Source: Paraspadella gotoi (taxonomy: Eukaryota; Animalia; Chaetognatha). Taken from it: a stretch of DNA of 64,000 nt. Shown here piece by piece: positions 29,180-41,505 of the stretch. Position numbers and translations under genes: made by a program. The notes beneath the pieces were generated by a model that did no database searches, was not told where the DNA came from, and saw nothing but the letters and a program-made list of their open reading frames with translations. The stretch is taken from positions 24,891,648-24,955,647 of the forward strand of contig CM119264.1 in the NCBI GenBank assembly GCA_051294375.1. Reading direction: 5' to 3'. Positions within the stretch are counted from its first letter, which is position 1. Each line of letters begins with the position of its first letter.

Positions 29180-29994
29180 CACTTTTAAATTATCGCCCCA
29201 TCGCGTTTCTCTCTCTCTCTCTCTCGAGGTTCTTATGACTTGATTTAAACAAAGGTATTCAGGTTAACTCTGAAATTGTAAATTTAACAATTTTCAATCT
29301 TTCCCCAGTTAATTAAAATCAACTAGAAATTTTTTTTATACTTTATATACGTTTTACAATGTCCATGGAATTTCTGAAAATTTACAACGCGATGAACGTT
29401 TCCATCATGTATAATGGCAATTTAAGTGCGAGAAGTACACACACAGATAATCCTCCGAGACCGCCATAACAAAATCAACAACGACGACAACAACGACGAC
29501 AACAACAGGGGATACGACGTCCTCGGTTGTTTGTTTACCGTCGTTCGCAGGTTTGTTTTTTTTTTATCTCCGACGCGAGACACGCGCAGCCTGACCCCGC
29601 AGCAGCCGCCGCCGACGCGCCGGTCGCCTCCGATTTCGACACTTTCCCGATTTTCTAATTTGCAGCAACTTAGCACTTCGAAGCCGGAGCTGCTGTCACA
29701 GCTTTGAAAGAATAACTTTATTCACATTTAGTGACTTGTACCTTGTCACATTCTATCAATTCCTGCTTCCATATTCATCGGTGTTGAGTCAGCTGGAAAT
29801 ACGGACTTTCTGTTCTTAATCCGCTAACAACGACAACTGCTTTCAGCCTTTTACGGTCCTCGCTAAAGCCAGAGGGTAAAGGAACAGATTATTCTGCATC
29901 GTAGTAAAAATGAAGTAAAAATTCAATGTCCGTTATCAAATAATATTTAAACTACACATTTACATTCTTTCCATAAAAGTATAATGATTCACGT

Positions 29995-30025
29995 AATCAT
30001 CATCATCATCGTCATCATCGTCATC

Positions 30026-30083
<58 letters not shown>
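29995..30083. repeat. (CAT)n microsatellite
   Basis: Near-perfect CAT run. Confidence 0.95.
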
Positions 30084-30492
30084 TCGTCTGGCCTCGTGGG
30101 CGGAGGCGACGGCGGAGGCGACGAAGACGCGTCGACCGAAGATTCGATTAGCGTCGAGGAGGTTCATCGGCGTCATTGTCATTAGGGCTTTCGTCGTTGT
30201 CATTGGGTTGTCATCGTCATTGGCCTTGTAGTCATTGGGGTTGTCGTCGTCATCTGCCTCGTTGTCATTAGCGTCGTTTTCATCACCGCCATCATTGTAA
30301 TCGAAGCCACATTGTTCGTCCTTGTTATCTGCGTCATCCTTGTCATCGAAACCGAAGTTTTAATCGACATTATTGTCATTAGTATCATCTCTGTCATCGG
30401 CCTCGGTTTTTGTCATCAAATATCATTGACAAGAAATGACAATGTCTTTGTCATCAATTAAAGGAGCGTATTCAATGAATATGAATATGGCC

Positions 30493-30570
30493 GGGGATTG
30501 TGGGGACAGAGAAGATGGCAGGGGATTGTGGGGACAGAGAAGATGGCAAGGGAATGTGGGGACAGAGAGT
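30493..30570. repeat. ~28 bp tandem repeat x3
   Basis: GGGGATTGTGGGGACAGAGAAGATGGCA repeated. Confidence 0.85.
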
Positions 30571-30997
30571 CGGCGGGGGTTTATGTGGTCCTAATCTGTG
30601 GATATTTTTTGTTTGGCGATGAACGCGCGTGGAATCCGCTCGATGGATTGATCGCTTTCTGCGAAGAGAGGCTGCGGTGGGGGGCGGAGGCGCCGCCCCC
30701 TTTTTCCCAAACTGGCCATTCCCGGTTCTTCTGAGTCATTTGTTTGTTTTGAAGATCAACATTTGCGAGGAGGCGCTAGTGTAGCCGCGGCTGTTATGTC
30801 GGCGGGATCCGCGGCGGCGGCGGCTTCGGCTGCGGCGGCGGCGGCGACCGTGGCGGCGGCAGAGTTCTCGACGTCGTCATTGTCGAGTCGCTTCGTCGTC
30901 GTTAGCCTCCGCGACCGTCAAGGCCGAAAAACGCTGCCATATCTTTGAAAATAATGACGAAATTATACAAACCATAAAAGCGAGAGAGAAAGAGAGG

Positions 30998-31061
<64 letters not shown>

Positions 31062-31495
31062 AAAGGTACTGCAAAAAAAGCTCAACTGACAACTTGAGCC
31101 CGTTGCGAATAATGTATTTGAGTTTTTTCTTTTTTTCATATCTCTCTCTCTCTCTTCCTCACTCTCTCTCTCTCTCTCTCTCTCCTCTCCTCTCTCTCTC
31201 TCTCTCTCTTCTCCTCTCTCTATCTCCCTGCGAGATGGCGCGGCGAGAAAAAGGGAAGGGATAAAATAATGTTACTCTCCCTCGTTTTCGTTCTTCCCTT
31301 TTCTCATTTCCCCCTTTCCTCTCTCCCGCCCCCCTCTTTCTCAATTTCGCCCACTGTAGTAAACAATGTGCGCTTTCTATGCCCCATTCGAAAAAAGACA
31401 AAGAAGGAGATAATTTTCAAAACAAAATAAAAGAGTAAAATATAGAAAACATTCTTTCGCGGTTTCTTGAGACGGAATTAAAATCTGCAACGGAA

Positions 31496-31559
<64 letters not shown>

Positions 31560-31615
31560 AGATACAGACAGGCTTACGGTAAGCACCCAACATTTTCATC
31601 TGGTTTCCTTGAGGA

Positions 31616-31617
<2 letters not shown>

Positions 31618-31651
<34 letters not shown>

Positions 31652-31765
31652 AAATAATAATAATAATAATAATAATAATATAATAATAATATAATAATAT
31701 AATAATAATAAATAATAATAATAATAATAAATAATATATAATATTAAAATAATATAATAAATATA
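31618..31765. repeat. Poly-A plus (TAA)n tract
   Basis: About 32 A followed by TAA repeats. Confidence 0.9.
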
Positions 31766-32526
31766 AGGGTATTTTTCGAAGATTGAAATAGAATAATTTT
31801 GGGAGAGGGAAGAAAAAAAAGAATGAAACGAAAGAAAAAGAACAAAAAAAACAAAAAAATAGCCACAATAAAAATGTTAAAAAGACAAAAGATCAAAAAA
31901 GGAGAAAAAAAAAATGGGCAAGAGGGATGAAAAAGATGGGCCTCCAGCTATTTTTCAAAAAAAACCCGCGAATAAAATAGGAAAGGGCATGAGATAAATT
32001 TTAAGCCGAGGGGTTTTTCATTCCTGGTGGGTTCGCGAGCCCCCGCGGAAAGGGGGGGCGTGTGGGAGAGGAAGAAATAAAAGAGGTCGGACGGGAGGGG
32101 GATGTATTAAAGGTGATTGAGAATTATTATAGGGGCTAAGCATGGGATAAGCAAAACATAATAAATTCCTCATTGTGACGGGGGAAGGTACCGGCTAATT
32201 TTTTTTAGTTTTTAGGAAATTAACGAAATTATAAAATAATATGGGAGAAAGAAAAACATATCTACGTAAGGGAAGACCATAAACGAGGAGGGAAGGGGAG
32301 GCAAAAGATTTTGGAGAAATAAATACGAGAAACTTAAGCCAAAGAGGGAGAGAGCAATGGGGGTAAGAAAAAAGAGGAAGAGGATATGGAGGGGGGGTGG
32401 AGGAGGAGGAGGAGGAGGAAGGCGAAAGAGGCGTCGAAAGAAGCTTTGTTTCTGTCAAGCGACGGACGGCGAATTAGACGAGGAAATGAAAGGGAACTTC
32501 ACAGGGTAAGTCATTGATGGGGTGTC

Positions 32527-32623
32527 GAGGATAACTGACAAGTTGTCAGGGATAACTGATAGAGTGCCAAGGATAACTGACTGGCTGTGAAAAATGACTG
32601 ATAAGGAGTCGAGATTAACTGAA
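32527..32623. repeat. Degenerate ~20 bp tandem repeat
   Basis: GGATAACTGA-like motif recurring about five times at roughly 20-nt spacing. Confidence 0.65.
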
Positions 32624-32840
32624 TTTGAATTTCAAACCAGTTAAGCTACTTATTTAACTAGGGTAGGAAGAATTTCGTTCATCGAAGGTTCAATTATGAT
32701 ATTTTTTTTAGAAGAGGCAATGAAACAAAAGCAGCTGTCTCTTTCCCTCTCTCTGTTTCGAGAAAGAAAGAGTATTGTTAAAATGATCTTCAACGTTAAA
32801 TTCGATTAACGTATCAAAGTTTATCAGCCCTGGTTTCCTG

Positions 32841-32878
<38 letters not shown>

Positions 32879-33030
32879 TTCGGTGAATAAGCCATCTTAT
32901 GTGGGCGATCAAAATCGTAACCGGTTTCTTAATCCGAAGTGAGAGTCCATTTAAAGAAATTAATCAAAGTTTTATTTTTGTTCTTCACCTTCTTTACATT
33001 TCCGATCTCAAGCCTTCTTTAATTGGCACG

Positions 33031-34359
33031 ATGAAGACGTCAGTGATTATTTTATGGTGTCTGTCTATTGCAACGACGCAATGGTGTTACCCTTCAGCAG
33101 CGAAGACTCTTGATCTGAGCCACTCATTCGACGGCGAGACTGTCTACTGGCCAGGATGGAAACCTTTTCAATTGAATGTTGTGAATAGAAACTACACTAA
33201 GTCGGGTTACTACTACGAAGCCAATACTTATGCAGGTCTATTTTCAAATCATTAAGTTGCTGTTTACGTATGGTTCATTAAAAATGTTCTTTTTTGACAT
33301 CTTTTCAGCTGCGGAACACGGCGGAACTCACCTGGACGCCCCGTCTCATTTCTGCGACCTAAAAGTGAACGATGGTAAGTTTGCCCAATATTTTATTTTT
33401 ATTTATGAGTTGAGTTAAAGAATTCTTATTTCCAATTTTTGCCTAAAAGTAAAATACATTTTAACTCATTCCTAACGGCCCCTCTTTAAATTTCCAGTTC
33501 CCTGTTGGCGCCTTCACGAGATCCCCGCCTCCCGACTTCACGGTCCCGCAGTCGTCGTCGACATCTCCGCCCGTGCCTCCTGGCCGCACAACCGCGACGC
33601 CCAGCTGCTCGTCGAAGACTTGGAAGCTTGGGAGACACAGAGGCAGCGGCGCATCCCCGACGGCGCGGTGATGTTCGTCCGCAGCGGCTGGGGAAGATTC
33701 TACGGCGACCACGAAAAGTATTTGGGGAATAAGGAAGGGAACACAGCGGATCTGCACTTTCCTGGGATTTCGAAAGAAGCGGGTGAGGCGGGGAAAGGGA
33801 AGAGGTCGCTTGGTAAGGGACGGGATGTTTAGCGGGAAAAAAGTTCACAAAGAAAAGGACGGGGAACATGGGATTACATTTTTTTTAGCGTAGACAAAAA
33901 AAAAAGAGAATGGAGTTCTGTGAGGTCTTTTAATTTCAGAACTAAGTATGTATAATTTATATTTATATTAGTTTTTCACATTTTTTTGTTTTGTTTACCA
34001 CCTTCATCTTTTTCCCTTTTTTCACTCTTCCCCTCGTCTTCCTATGATACTTTATCCATCCCCTTTTTACCCTTTTCCCCCATCTCCCCTCAGCCGCTTG
34101 GATCGTCCACCATCGCCCCAACGTTTCCATGGTGGGCATCGACACGCCCTCTCTCGACGTCGGCGCCTCCAGGCTCTTCCTCTCCCATCGCATCCTCGCT
34201 GCGGCTAACATCCTCGGTCTCGAGAACGTGGCGCGTCTGGACGAGCTGGTGGAGATGCTGGAGGAACACCCAGCCGGAGTGGAGGTCTTTGCCCTGCCCA
34301 TGAAGATTCGGGATGGAAGCGGCGGTCCTGCAAGGATCTTGGCAGTTGCCAGGGGATGA
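33031..34359 (+). CDS. Cyclase-family metal-dependent hydrolase (kynurenine formamidase KynB / isatin hydrolase-like), secreted, 273 aa, 4 exons
   Basis: Exons 33031-33235, 33309-33374, 33498-33782, 34094-34359 total 822 nt with all phase-1 GT-AG introns. Motifs DLSH, EHGGTHLDAPSHF (HxGTHxDxPxH), RSGWG, LHFPG, VGIDTPSLD, GLENV and ALPMKIRDGSGGPARILA. N-terminal signal peptide. AATAAA near 34395. Confidence 0.93.
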
Positions 34360-35690
34360 AAGGAAAGTAGGAGCGAAAGTTTTGATTTCGTACAATAAAT
34401 GTTCGGTTTAAACTTTGTTCTACATATTAGCATATGTATCGTCATTCTTTTTTGTCATTGTAATTGCCGCTGTACACAATCCTCTTTACCTATAAAACTG
34501 TTTATCAAAAATATTTGTTTAGCAATCGTGTTCTGAAATTCTTCATCAGTATTTTTTATTTTTTATTTTTTGTTTTTTAATAAAACCCAAAAGGTTTCCA
34601 GAAGGGAGAAGATAAGAAAAATACATATTTATCAAAACTACTTTTAAATCATGCGAGGCAAACATTAATTTTCGGGGCCGAGTTATATCGATATTTTACG
34701 AAGGTTTATTAATGTATTACGCAAAAAACCTTCATCGTAAATCGCGTTATATATACATTTTCCTTTCCCGACGAAGCGGACATAAAAACTGTTGGCGAAG
34801 GCAAAAAAAAAAAAAAAAAAAAAAGAAAGAAAAAACTTCTCACCTTCGCGAAGAAATTCGCACTCGAGGGAACTTTTTTTACGCGTCGTTTAAAACCGCG
34901 GGATTCGAGGTTTCGCCTCTCGATTCCAATTTCCAAAGTGCTGCTCTCCTCGTCCGGCGGGGAAAAGGCGGCGAGTGGCGGCGAATTGCGGCGAACAAGG
35001 GAGGGGTGTGGGCGGGAAAAGAAAGAGGGCAGAGTCGGGAATGTGGGCGTTGAATTAAACGGGCGGGTCGGCTGAGAAAGGGTTAAGGTAAGGGGTTTAA
35101 AAATTACGTTTTAAGTAATCAAGGCGGTAAGGCAGGGTAGTACATTTCGTTTGGAAAATTGGCGGTCTATCAGAGGGAGGCACGAAAAAGGTGGGAAAAT
35201 ATATAAAACGGTCAAAAGAAAGAATTGTCAGAAAGGTGGTGAAAAAAAAATGTGGTGGCTCCTTCCTGTTAAACTCTAGAAAAAAAAAATTCTTCGTAGC
35301 TTAGGCTTTCGCCGGAATTTGGTGTGAACCAAAAATCTAGATCTCGGGCGAATCGCGGCTCCGCTGCGGCTGCCGCTGAGACTGCTGGCATCTTAAAGCG
35401 GATGACATCCTAGACAACGACGTCGTCGATCCAAAAAGACGACACCCACGCATTGCACGCTTTCATTGTTAACCAACCGACGACTTTCCTTCCCTTTCCC
35501 CCAAGAAATATAATCATCAGTAGGACGTCAGAAATAAATATCCTCCACCCACCATGTTTCTAAACCACCTCTTTCTGGCAAACGTGCCATTAAAGCACTT
35601 CGCGTGTCTTGTTCAGTCTTTTGTTTTCCTCGGTTTTCAAACCCCATCCGCCAACAGCTTCACCACTCAAGAATTTAACTCGGCCACCCA

Positions 35691-35738
35691 AGCCACCCAC
35701 TCGGCCAACCATGCCACCCACTCGGCCAACCATGCCAT
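35691..35738. repeat. 21 bp tandem repeat
   Basis: GCCACCCACTCGGCCAACCAT twice plus a partial copy. Confidence 0.8.
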
Positions 35739-36399
35739 GCTTTTTGCCTCCCGTGTTTACAAGTCCACATCCTTTTCATCTCATTTTTTCCCGCGCTTTA
35801 TCTTTTGTCTCAACCTGTCTTTCGTTCGTGACTTCATTTTCTCTTTTCATATCTCATTTTAGACTAAACTATTTCTAAATGTTCTTATAGTTTAGCTGTT
35901 CTTATCTTTTTAGTCTTTTAATTTCGTTCTCTTCATTTCAATTCCATATTTTCTGATTTTATCTGATGTCTTTTTTAATTTTTAAAACATTTTTTACACT
36001 CCCCTTCAATTTCTCTTTGATTTTGGTTTTAACATAAACGAAGTAAGAGAGACGAGCTTGCAATTATTTTCCTTCTCGGACGACAAATGTTCAGAACTTT
36101 GTTCTAACTCGTTATACTTCGTTTTTTCTACTTGGTTTTTGAATAATTTCTATGTAAGTTTTTGAATATTTTTAGTTCTTGCATCTACTCCTAACTTAAG
36201 TAATACTTTACGTATATTTTTCATAGTATTTCTATTCATTTTTTTCATTCTTTTCAATTTTTTTATCTCATCCCTGTTGCCTAGATTAATGAGCTGCTCG
36301 TTTATGGACAAAAAAGTGAATTTCCTGACCACTGCCGCTGCCGCTGCTGCTGCCCCCGTCGCCGCCGCCGCCGCGGCCGGAGACTCAATCCTTAATCTC

Positions 36400-36692
36400 T
36401 ACTCCTCTCTATCTTTTCCTGTCAGATTGTGAGTTCGCTTTTGTGTGAATCTGCGTGTTCGGATATCTGTGGATAAGGCGCAACGTGGGCTGAAGATGAC
36501 TGTCCGTAACTTCTATAACCCCCTCTAGCAGCCATGGAACGGGTCCCTGGGCTTGGAACCAGGCTTGAGGGTTTGCCATGCCCCCAAGGCGGCTTACGGC
36601 CGTCCTCACGCTTCCCGCAGGGTAGGTACCGGGTTGGGATTGAACCCGGTACCTAGTGGTCATGAGCTTTACTCAATGAGCCACCGGGTCAC
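36400..36692 (-). mobile_element. tRNA-derived SINE-like element
   Basis: Minus strand begins GTGACCCGG-TGGCTCATTGAG (A-box-like) ... GGTTCAATCCC (B box), followed by a GC-rich non-tRNA body. It does not fold as a complete cloverleaf. The 3' boundary is approximate. Confidence 0.6.
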
Positions 36693-37068
36693 AACTGAAA
36701 GTGTCATGATTCTAGGCGGGGTGAACCTAGGCAATGCCCGACTACATATCTCCCACCTCGTAAATGTTAAACAGGGAGAGAAATAGGGACGCACCAAGCG
36801 AGATAGTGAGAGAGAGCCGCCTTGGCTTTTGACATTATTCCTTTCATTTCCATTCGTTGTCGTTTTCTTTATTCTTATTTTTTAATAAATTCTCTCTCTT
36901 GTCGTCTCCTTTAAAATTCTCCCTTCGCTCGCTCTCCCTCGGGCTTTCATTTAATGTTTTGTCTCCATTCTGGGTTTCGACTTTGCAGCCTCTTCCGAAA
37001 TTCCGACCGAGAAGAGAGACGCGAAATTCTTTTCTTTTGAGGACCGGGTGAAATAAAAGAGAAATAAA

Positions 37069-37126
<58 letters not shown>

Positions 37127-38056
37127 GATGTTATGGCAAGAGATTTTGTTTTTCCGGTTTATCCCCAGATTTTCGCTCCTCTGTTGCTAGGATTCTCTCT
37201 TGGTGCTCGTGATAACCTTTTCTAATAAAATGTAATGTTTGTTTTTAATCTTTCATTTTTCCGGCGGCTGCTTCGGCGGCGCCGCGTCAGAGGCGGCTGC
37301 GGAGGCGGAGGCGGCGGCGGTTTTTCAGTTGGGAGGGAATTTTTGAAATGAGGAAAAAATTCAGAAAGTTTGCTTTTGGATTCATGGGCTGGATAATTAT
37401 GCGATTCTAAAATCTCCGGATGAGCACGTCTTACTTTTTCACTACGGAGGGTTTAGCATAAAAGCTGCAAAATTTATAACCTTACTATATATATCCCGAA
37501 TATTAAAAAAAACTTCTACAAACGAGATTAAAATCCCTAAATCATGGTTTAAAATAATTTAAAATATCTTAACATCAACATTCCGATCAGAAATGAGTCT
37601 GTCATATAAAAAAATATTAATTTCTCTCACTTTCAAGAAAGGCAATTTCTCGCGGATTTTATTGCCAGTCGTGGCGGTTGCTCGAGACCCCGATAAAAAT
37701 TGATTATATGAGTAGCAATACAGATTTTATGTTGGTTATAAAAGATCACGATTATTGAAGGAAAAACGCTGTGATACAAAAAAGTATCGATTGTATATTT
37801 TTTAACTATATCTCATATTAAATTTCGATCATCGAAGCACGAAAAGCGAAAAAATTCTATTGTTTTCCTTTCGCCCTCTCGCGAGAGACTCATACTTTGT
37901 CCAAACATTCTCAGAAAAACAAACTGTTTTAGAGCGAATATAAACACGAGAGAGAAAAACCAAAGGCACGTGCAAAAACAGGTGTCGCCCTTAAACGTCA
38001 ACCGTAAAAACGATGGAGAAAACAAAGAAGTCAGGGCGTTGGAAGGTCATAAAAAA

Positions 38057-38109
<53 letters not shown>

Positions 38110-38811
38110 TTCCATTTCATTCTTTAGGGGGGGGGAGAGATTTATGGATTTCATTGAAGTGGCCATTACCCAGATTTGCTTCCACAAAATGAAGGGAATC
38201 ATCTATAACTCGAGAATCGTTCTTCCCTCGACTGGGCGTGGGTGACGCTGTTGACGCCAGGGTGACGCTGTGGCGCCAGAATGACGCTGTTGACAGGATG
38301 GTGAGGCAAATTGCTTGAAAATGGTTAAATCTTTGGGAGGAAACTGAGTGTGACAAAAACAAGAAAAAGAGTAAGTTAAGCTGACTGAGATGTGAAAGAC
38401 TGACTAAATCCTGGGTCTCCAATGAGAAAAAACAACATCCAACAAAGATAAGAAAACCTTAAATTATTTAACTGAATTTTTTTAAAAAATTTAAAATTCT
38501 ATATAAAAATTTTTTTGATTTTTTTCGTCGAAAAAAAAATGAGTAAAGGCCCAACAAAATTATAAAAAAAGACATTTTACTCAGTTTTTGATTTTTTTCG
38601 TTTTTTTCCCATTGTTAAGGAAAACAACAACAACAACGGCAACAACAGCGCGCGCATCCAGTTGCTCCCTGGCGCCGCACGAACCAGACTCTCTCTCTCT
38701 CTATCTCTCTCTCTCCAGTTCCGGTTTTCTTGACCCCAGCAATAATCCACCTTTACCACTTGGGTTCATTTTTCTCCCTCGCTCTGTCAATCTCTTCCGC
38801 CGCATTCGCCA

Positions 38812-39026
38812 GCCTCTCACCCTGACATCCTCTCATCTTCTCACCCTCACATCCTCTCATCTTCTCACCCTCTCATCCTCTCAACCTCTCACCCTGTCAT
38901 CCTCTCACCCTCTCATCCTTTCATCCTCTCACCCTCTCATCCGCTCATCCTCTCATCCCTTATCTTCTTACCTTCTCATCCTCACCCTCTCACCTCTCAT
39001 CCTCTCACCCTCTCATCCTCTCACCT
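38812..39026. repeat. Degenerate 8/24 bp minisatellite (TCTCATCC/TCTCACCC)
   Basis: Alternating TCTCACCC and TCTCATCC units. Confidence 0.85.
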
Positions 39027-39343
39027 TCTTTCCTTTTTCACCTCAGTTCACTCTTTATTCTCACCTTGCTTCCTTTTCTTTTTTCTTTTAACTTTCACAA
39101 TTTCCCCATAACCCTTCATTCCACTAACTTCTCTCTCTCTCTGTCTCACTTCCCTATCTTCCCCTTCATACCTCTCTCACCTGTTCCCCCAGCCTCCCCT
39201 ACCCTAACCTCTCCCCCACTCTCTCCCTCAACCCCAACTCCCTCGGCCTCTCCTCCCAAGCGCATTTTTCACGCGTTGCATCAACTCACTTACGCGAGAT
39301 GACGCGCGCTATTTCCGGACGACCACGAAAATTCCTCTCTCTC

Positions 39344-39417
<74 letters not shown>

Positions 39418-39504
39418 CAACTCAACAAAGCACAGAGTTGATTTGAAAAACGAGTTTAGGTTTATTTCCCTTCGATCCTCATTTTTTTCCGTCCTTCTCG
39501 TCTG

Positions 39505-39690
39505 TCTCTTCTCTTCTCTTCTCTTCTTTTCTCTTTTCTTCTCTTTTCTTCTCTTTTCTTCTCTTCTCTTCTCTTTTTTACTCTTCTCTTCTATTCTATT
39601 CTATTCTATTCTATTCTATTCTATTCTATTCTATTCTATTCTATTCTATTCTATTCTATTCTATTTTATTCGCTTCTCTTCTCTTCTCTT
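39505..39690. repeat. (CTTTT/CTCTT)n grading into (CTATT)n pentamer microsatellite
   Basis: Perfect CTATT run at 39591-39665. Confidence 0.92.
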
Positions 39691-40076
39691 TCCTGCTCCG
39701 CTTTTCTCTTATTCTCTTTTCTGTATTCTTTTCTTAAATCTTATCTTTTATCTATTTATCTTTTCTACTTTTCTATTCTTTTCTCGTCTCCTGTTTTGTT
39801 TTTGTTTCTCTTTTCATTTCCATCTTTTCTTCGCTTCCAGAATTGGTAAACTATTTTCTTTATCAGTTTTTTCTTACTTTTTCTTTTTTTCTTTATCTTT
39901 CCATCTCTCAGTCAACTTCTCAAATACTTTCCACTCCCTCTTTCGCTTCCACTCTCAAATTCACCTCCAGTTCTACTCTCAAATTCAATTACGCTGGTTT
40001 CCCCCTTTTCCCCATTTTCTCCCCCTTTCACCCCAAAGCCACCCCCACCTCTCCTCACCCCCTTTTCTCCACCCAG

Positions 40077-40834
40077 CGACGGCGACAAATCGACAGGCGA
40101 CCTCGTCCCCTTCTCGTTGCGCCTGGGATTTCCCGGTGACATCCGGGAGGCCGACGCCGAGGTCGTCCACGAGGGCGGAATCGCCGATGGCGATGAAGCC
40201 GGTTACATCCGGACTCTGGTGACGAATGCGCGGATGGACGAGAAAGGACATCGGCTTCGTCGTCGTCGTCGGCGTTGTTGTTGTTGGGGAATAATCAAAA
40301 AAGCACAACCGAGAAATGACTCTTCGATGTATGGGATATAAAACGAATCAGAAACGACAGTGAGGAATTGAAATTCTTTTTCGATTCGCGTGGCGATTCA
40401 TTATTCTCACCCGCAGTCCTTACCCAACACTACAGGTCTGCGAGTGAGAAAAGAAATTTTCATTGGTTGACGACAACAAATCTTACCACGTCCCACCTTT
40501 AAAGTCTTTGCCCTATGAGTCCAACTCGGCCGATCCCCACAACCGCTTTACCATGACCCTTTCCACTAACCAGCAAATCGACCAAGAAGAAATTTTCCCC
40601 CTATCGGCGTCGAAAACACAAAAAAGACTAACGGCGACGTCGACGGCGCGGAAATCGCCTTCAACGGCGCCACCAACGCCTCCGCGTTTTGAGGCGGCGT
40701 CGCTGCGGCTCAGGTTCTCCCGGAGTCACGTTTTCCAGATGGCAGGCGCGGCGGTCGGCCGGCGTCGGCGCCCGATATATGGGCCCATGACTCGAAGGAG
40801 ATTCTCACCCGGAGACGAATCCATTTCCGGTTGA
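40077..40834 (+). other. GC-rich candidate exon(s) of an unresolved gene
   Basis: Pyrimidine tract plus CAG acceptor at 40076. CpG-rich open frames at 40077-40341 and 40463-40834. No recognisable domain and no splice partners resolved. Confidence 0.25.
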
Positions 40835-41415
40835 GGGAATCTGCCATCTGGTGGGGAAAGGGGAGGGAGGGGGGAGGGGGGGGAAAGGAGAAGAGGAGGA
40901 AAAGGGGAGGAATAGTTGTGAATGTTAAGAGTCTGAAGGAGTGGAGGAAAAAAGTAAAAAAGAATAGAAAAGAGGGAATACGAAGAGGTTGAACCGAAGG
41001 GACGAGGTAGAATATTATTAAATAAGGGGGATATAGAAAAAGGGGAAAAAGAAAAGGAGGAAAAACAAAGAAAGAAGGAAAAATACTAAGTGGGAAGGAA
41101 GAGTGGGAAGGGGAAGAGAAAGAGGAGGGAGAAACGAAAAGGAAAACGGAAATGAGATTGGGGAAACAAATTGAGTTGAGAGGGAAGTAGAAGGGAGGCG
41201 ATGTGGTAGGCAGAAAACTGGGAAAGTGATAACAATTGTTATTGGTTAACGATGTAGATTTAATATACAAAAACATACTATGCTAAAATGGTAAAAGTGG
41301 AAACTTCCATGAAAAACACTTATGACGATACTGCAAATTCAAAATTTGTGTCTTTCCGCTTTTTAAAATCGGGCTTTGTAAATTTTAGGACCATTAAGAT
41401 AACTATCTCTCTCTC

Positions 41416-41505
<90 letters not shown>

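Noticed and set aside
33461-34445. Minus-strand ORFs over the cyclase gene, and 43267-43848 over the lectin
   Set aside because: Antisense shadows of GC-rich coding exons.
36620-36692. Functional tRNA gene
   Set aside because: A and B boxes are present, but there is no acceptor stem pairing or proper anticodon arm; a SINE head explains it better.
38117-38422. 101 aa minus ORF with a hydrophobic stretch
   Set aside because: It starts at TTG rather than ATG, has no recognisable domain and has no linked exons.
39299-40222. 307 aa longest ORF in the track
   Set aside because: Composed mostly of CT, CTTTT and CTATT repeats that lack stop codons by composition.
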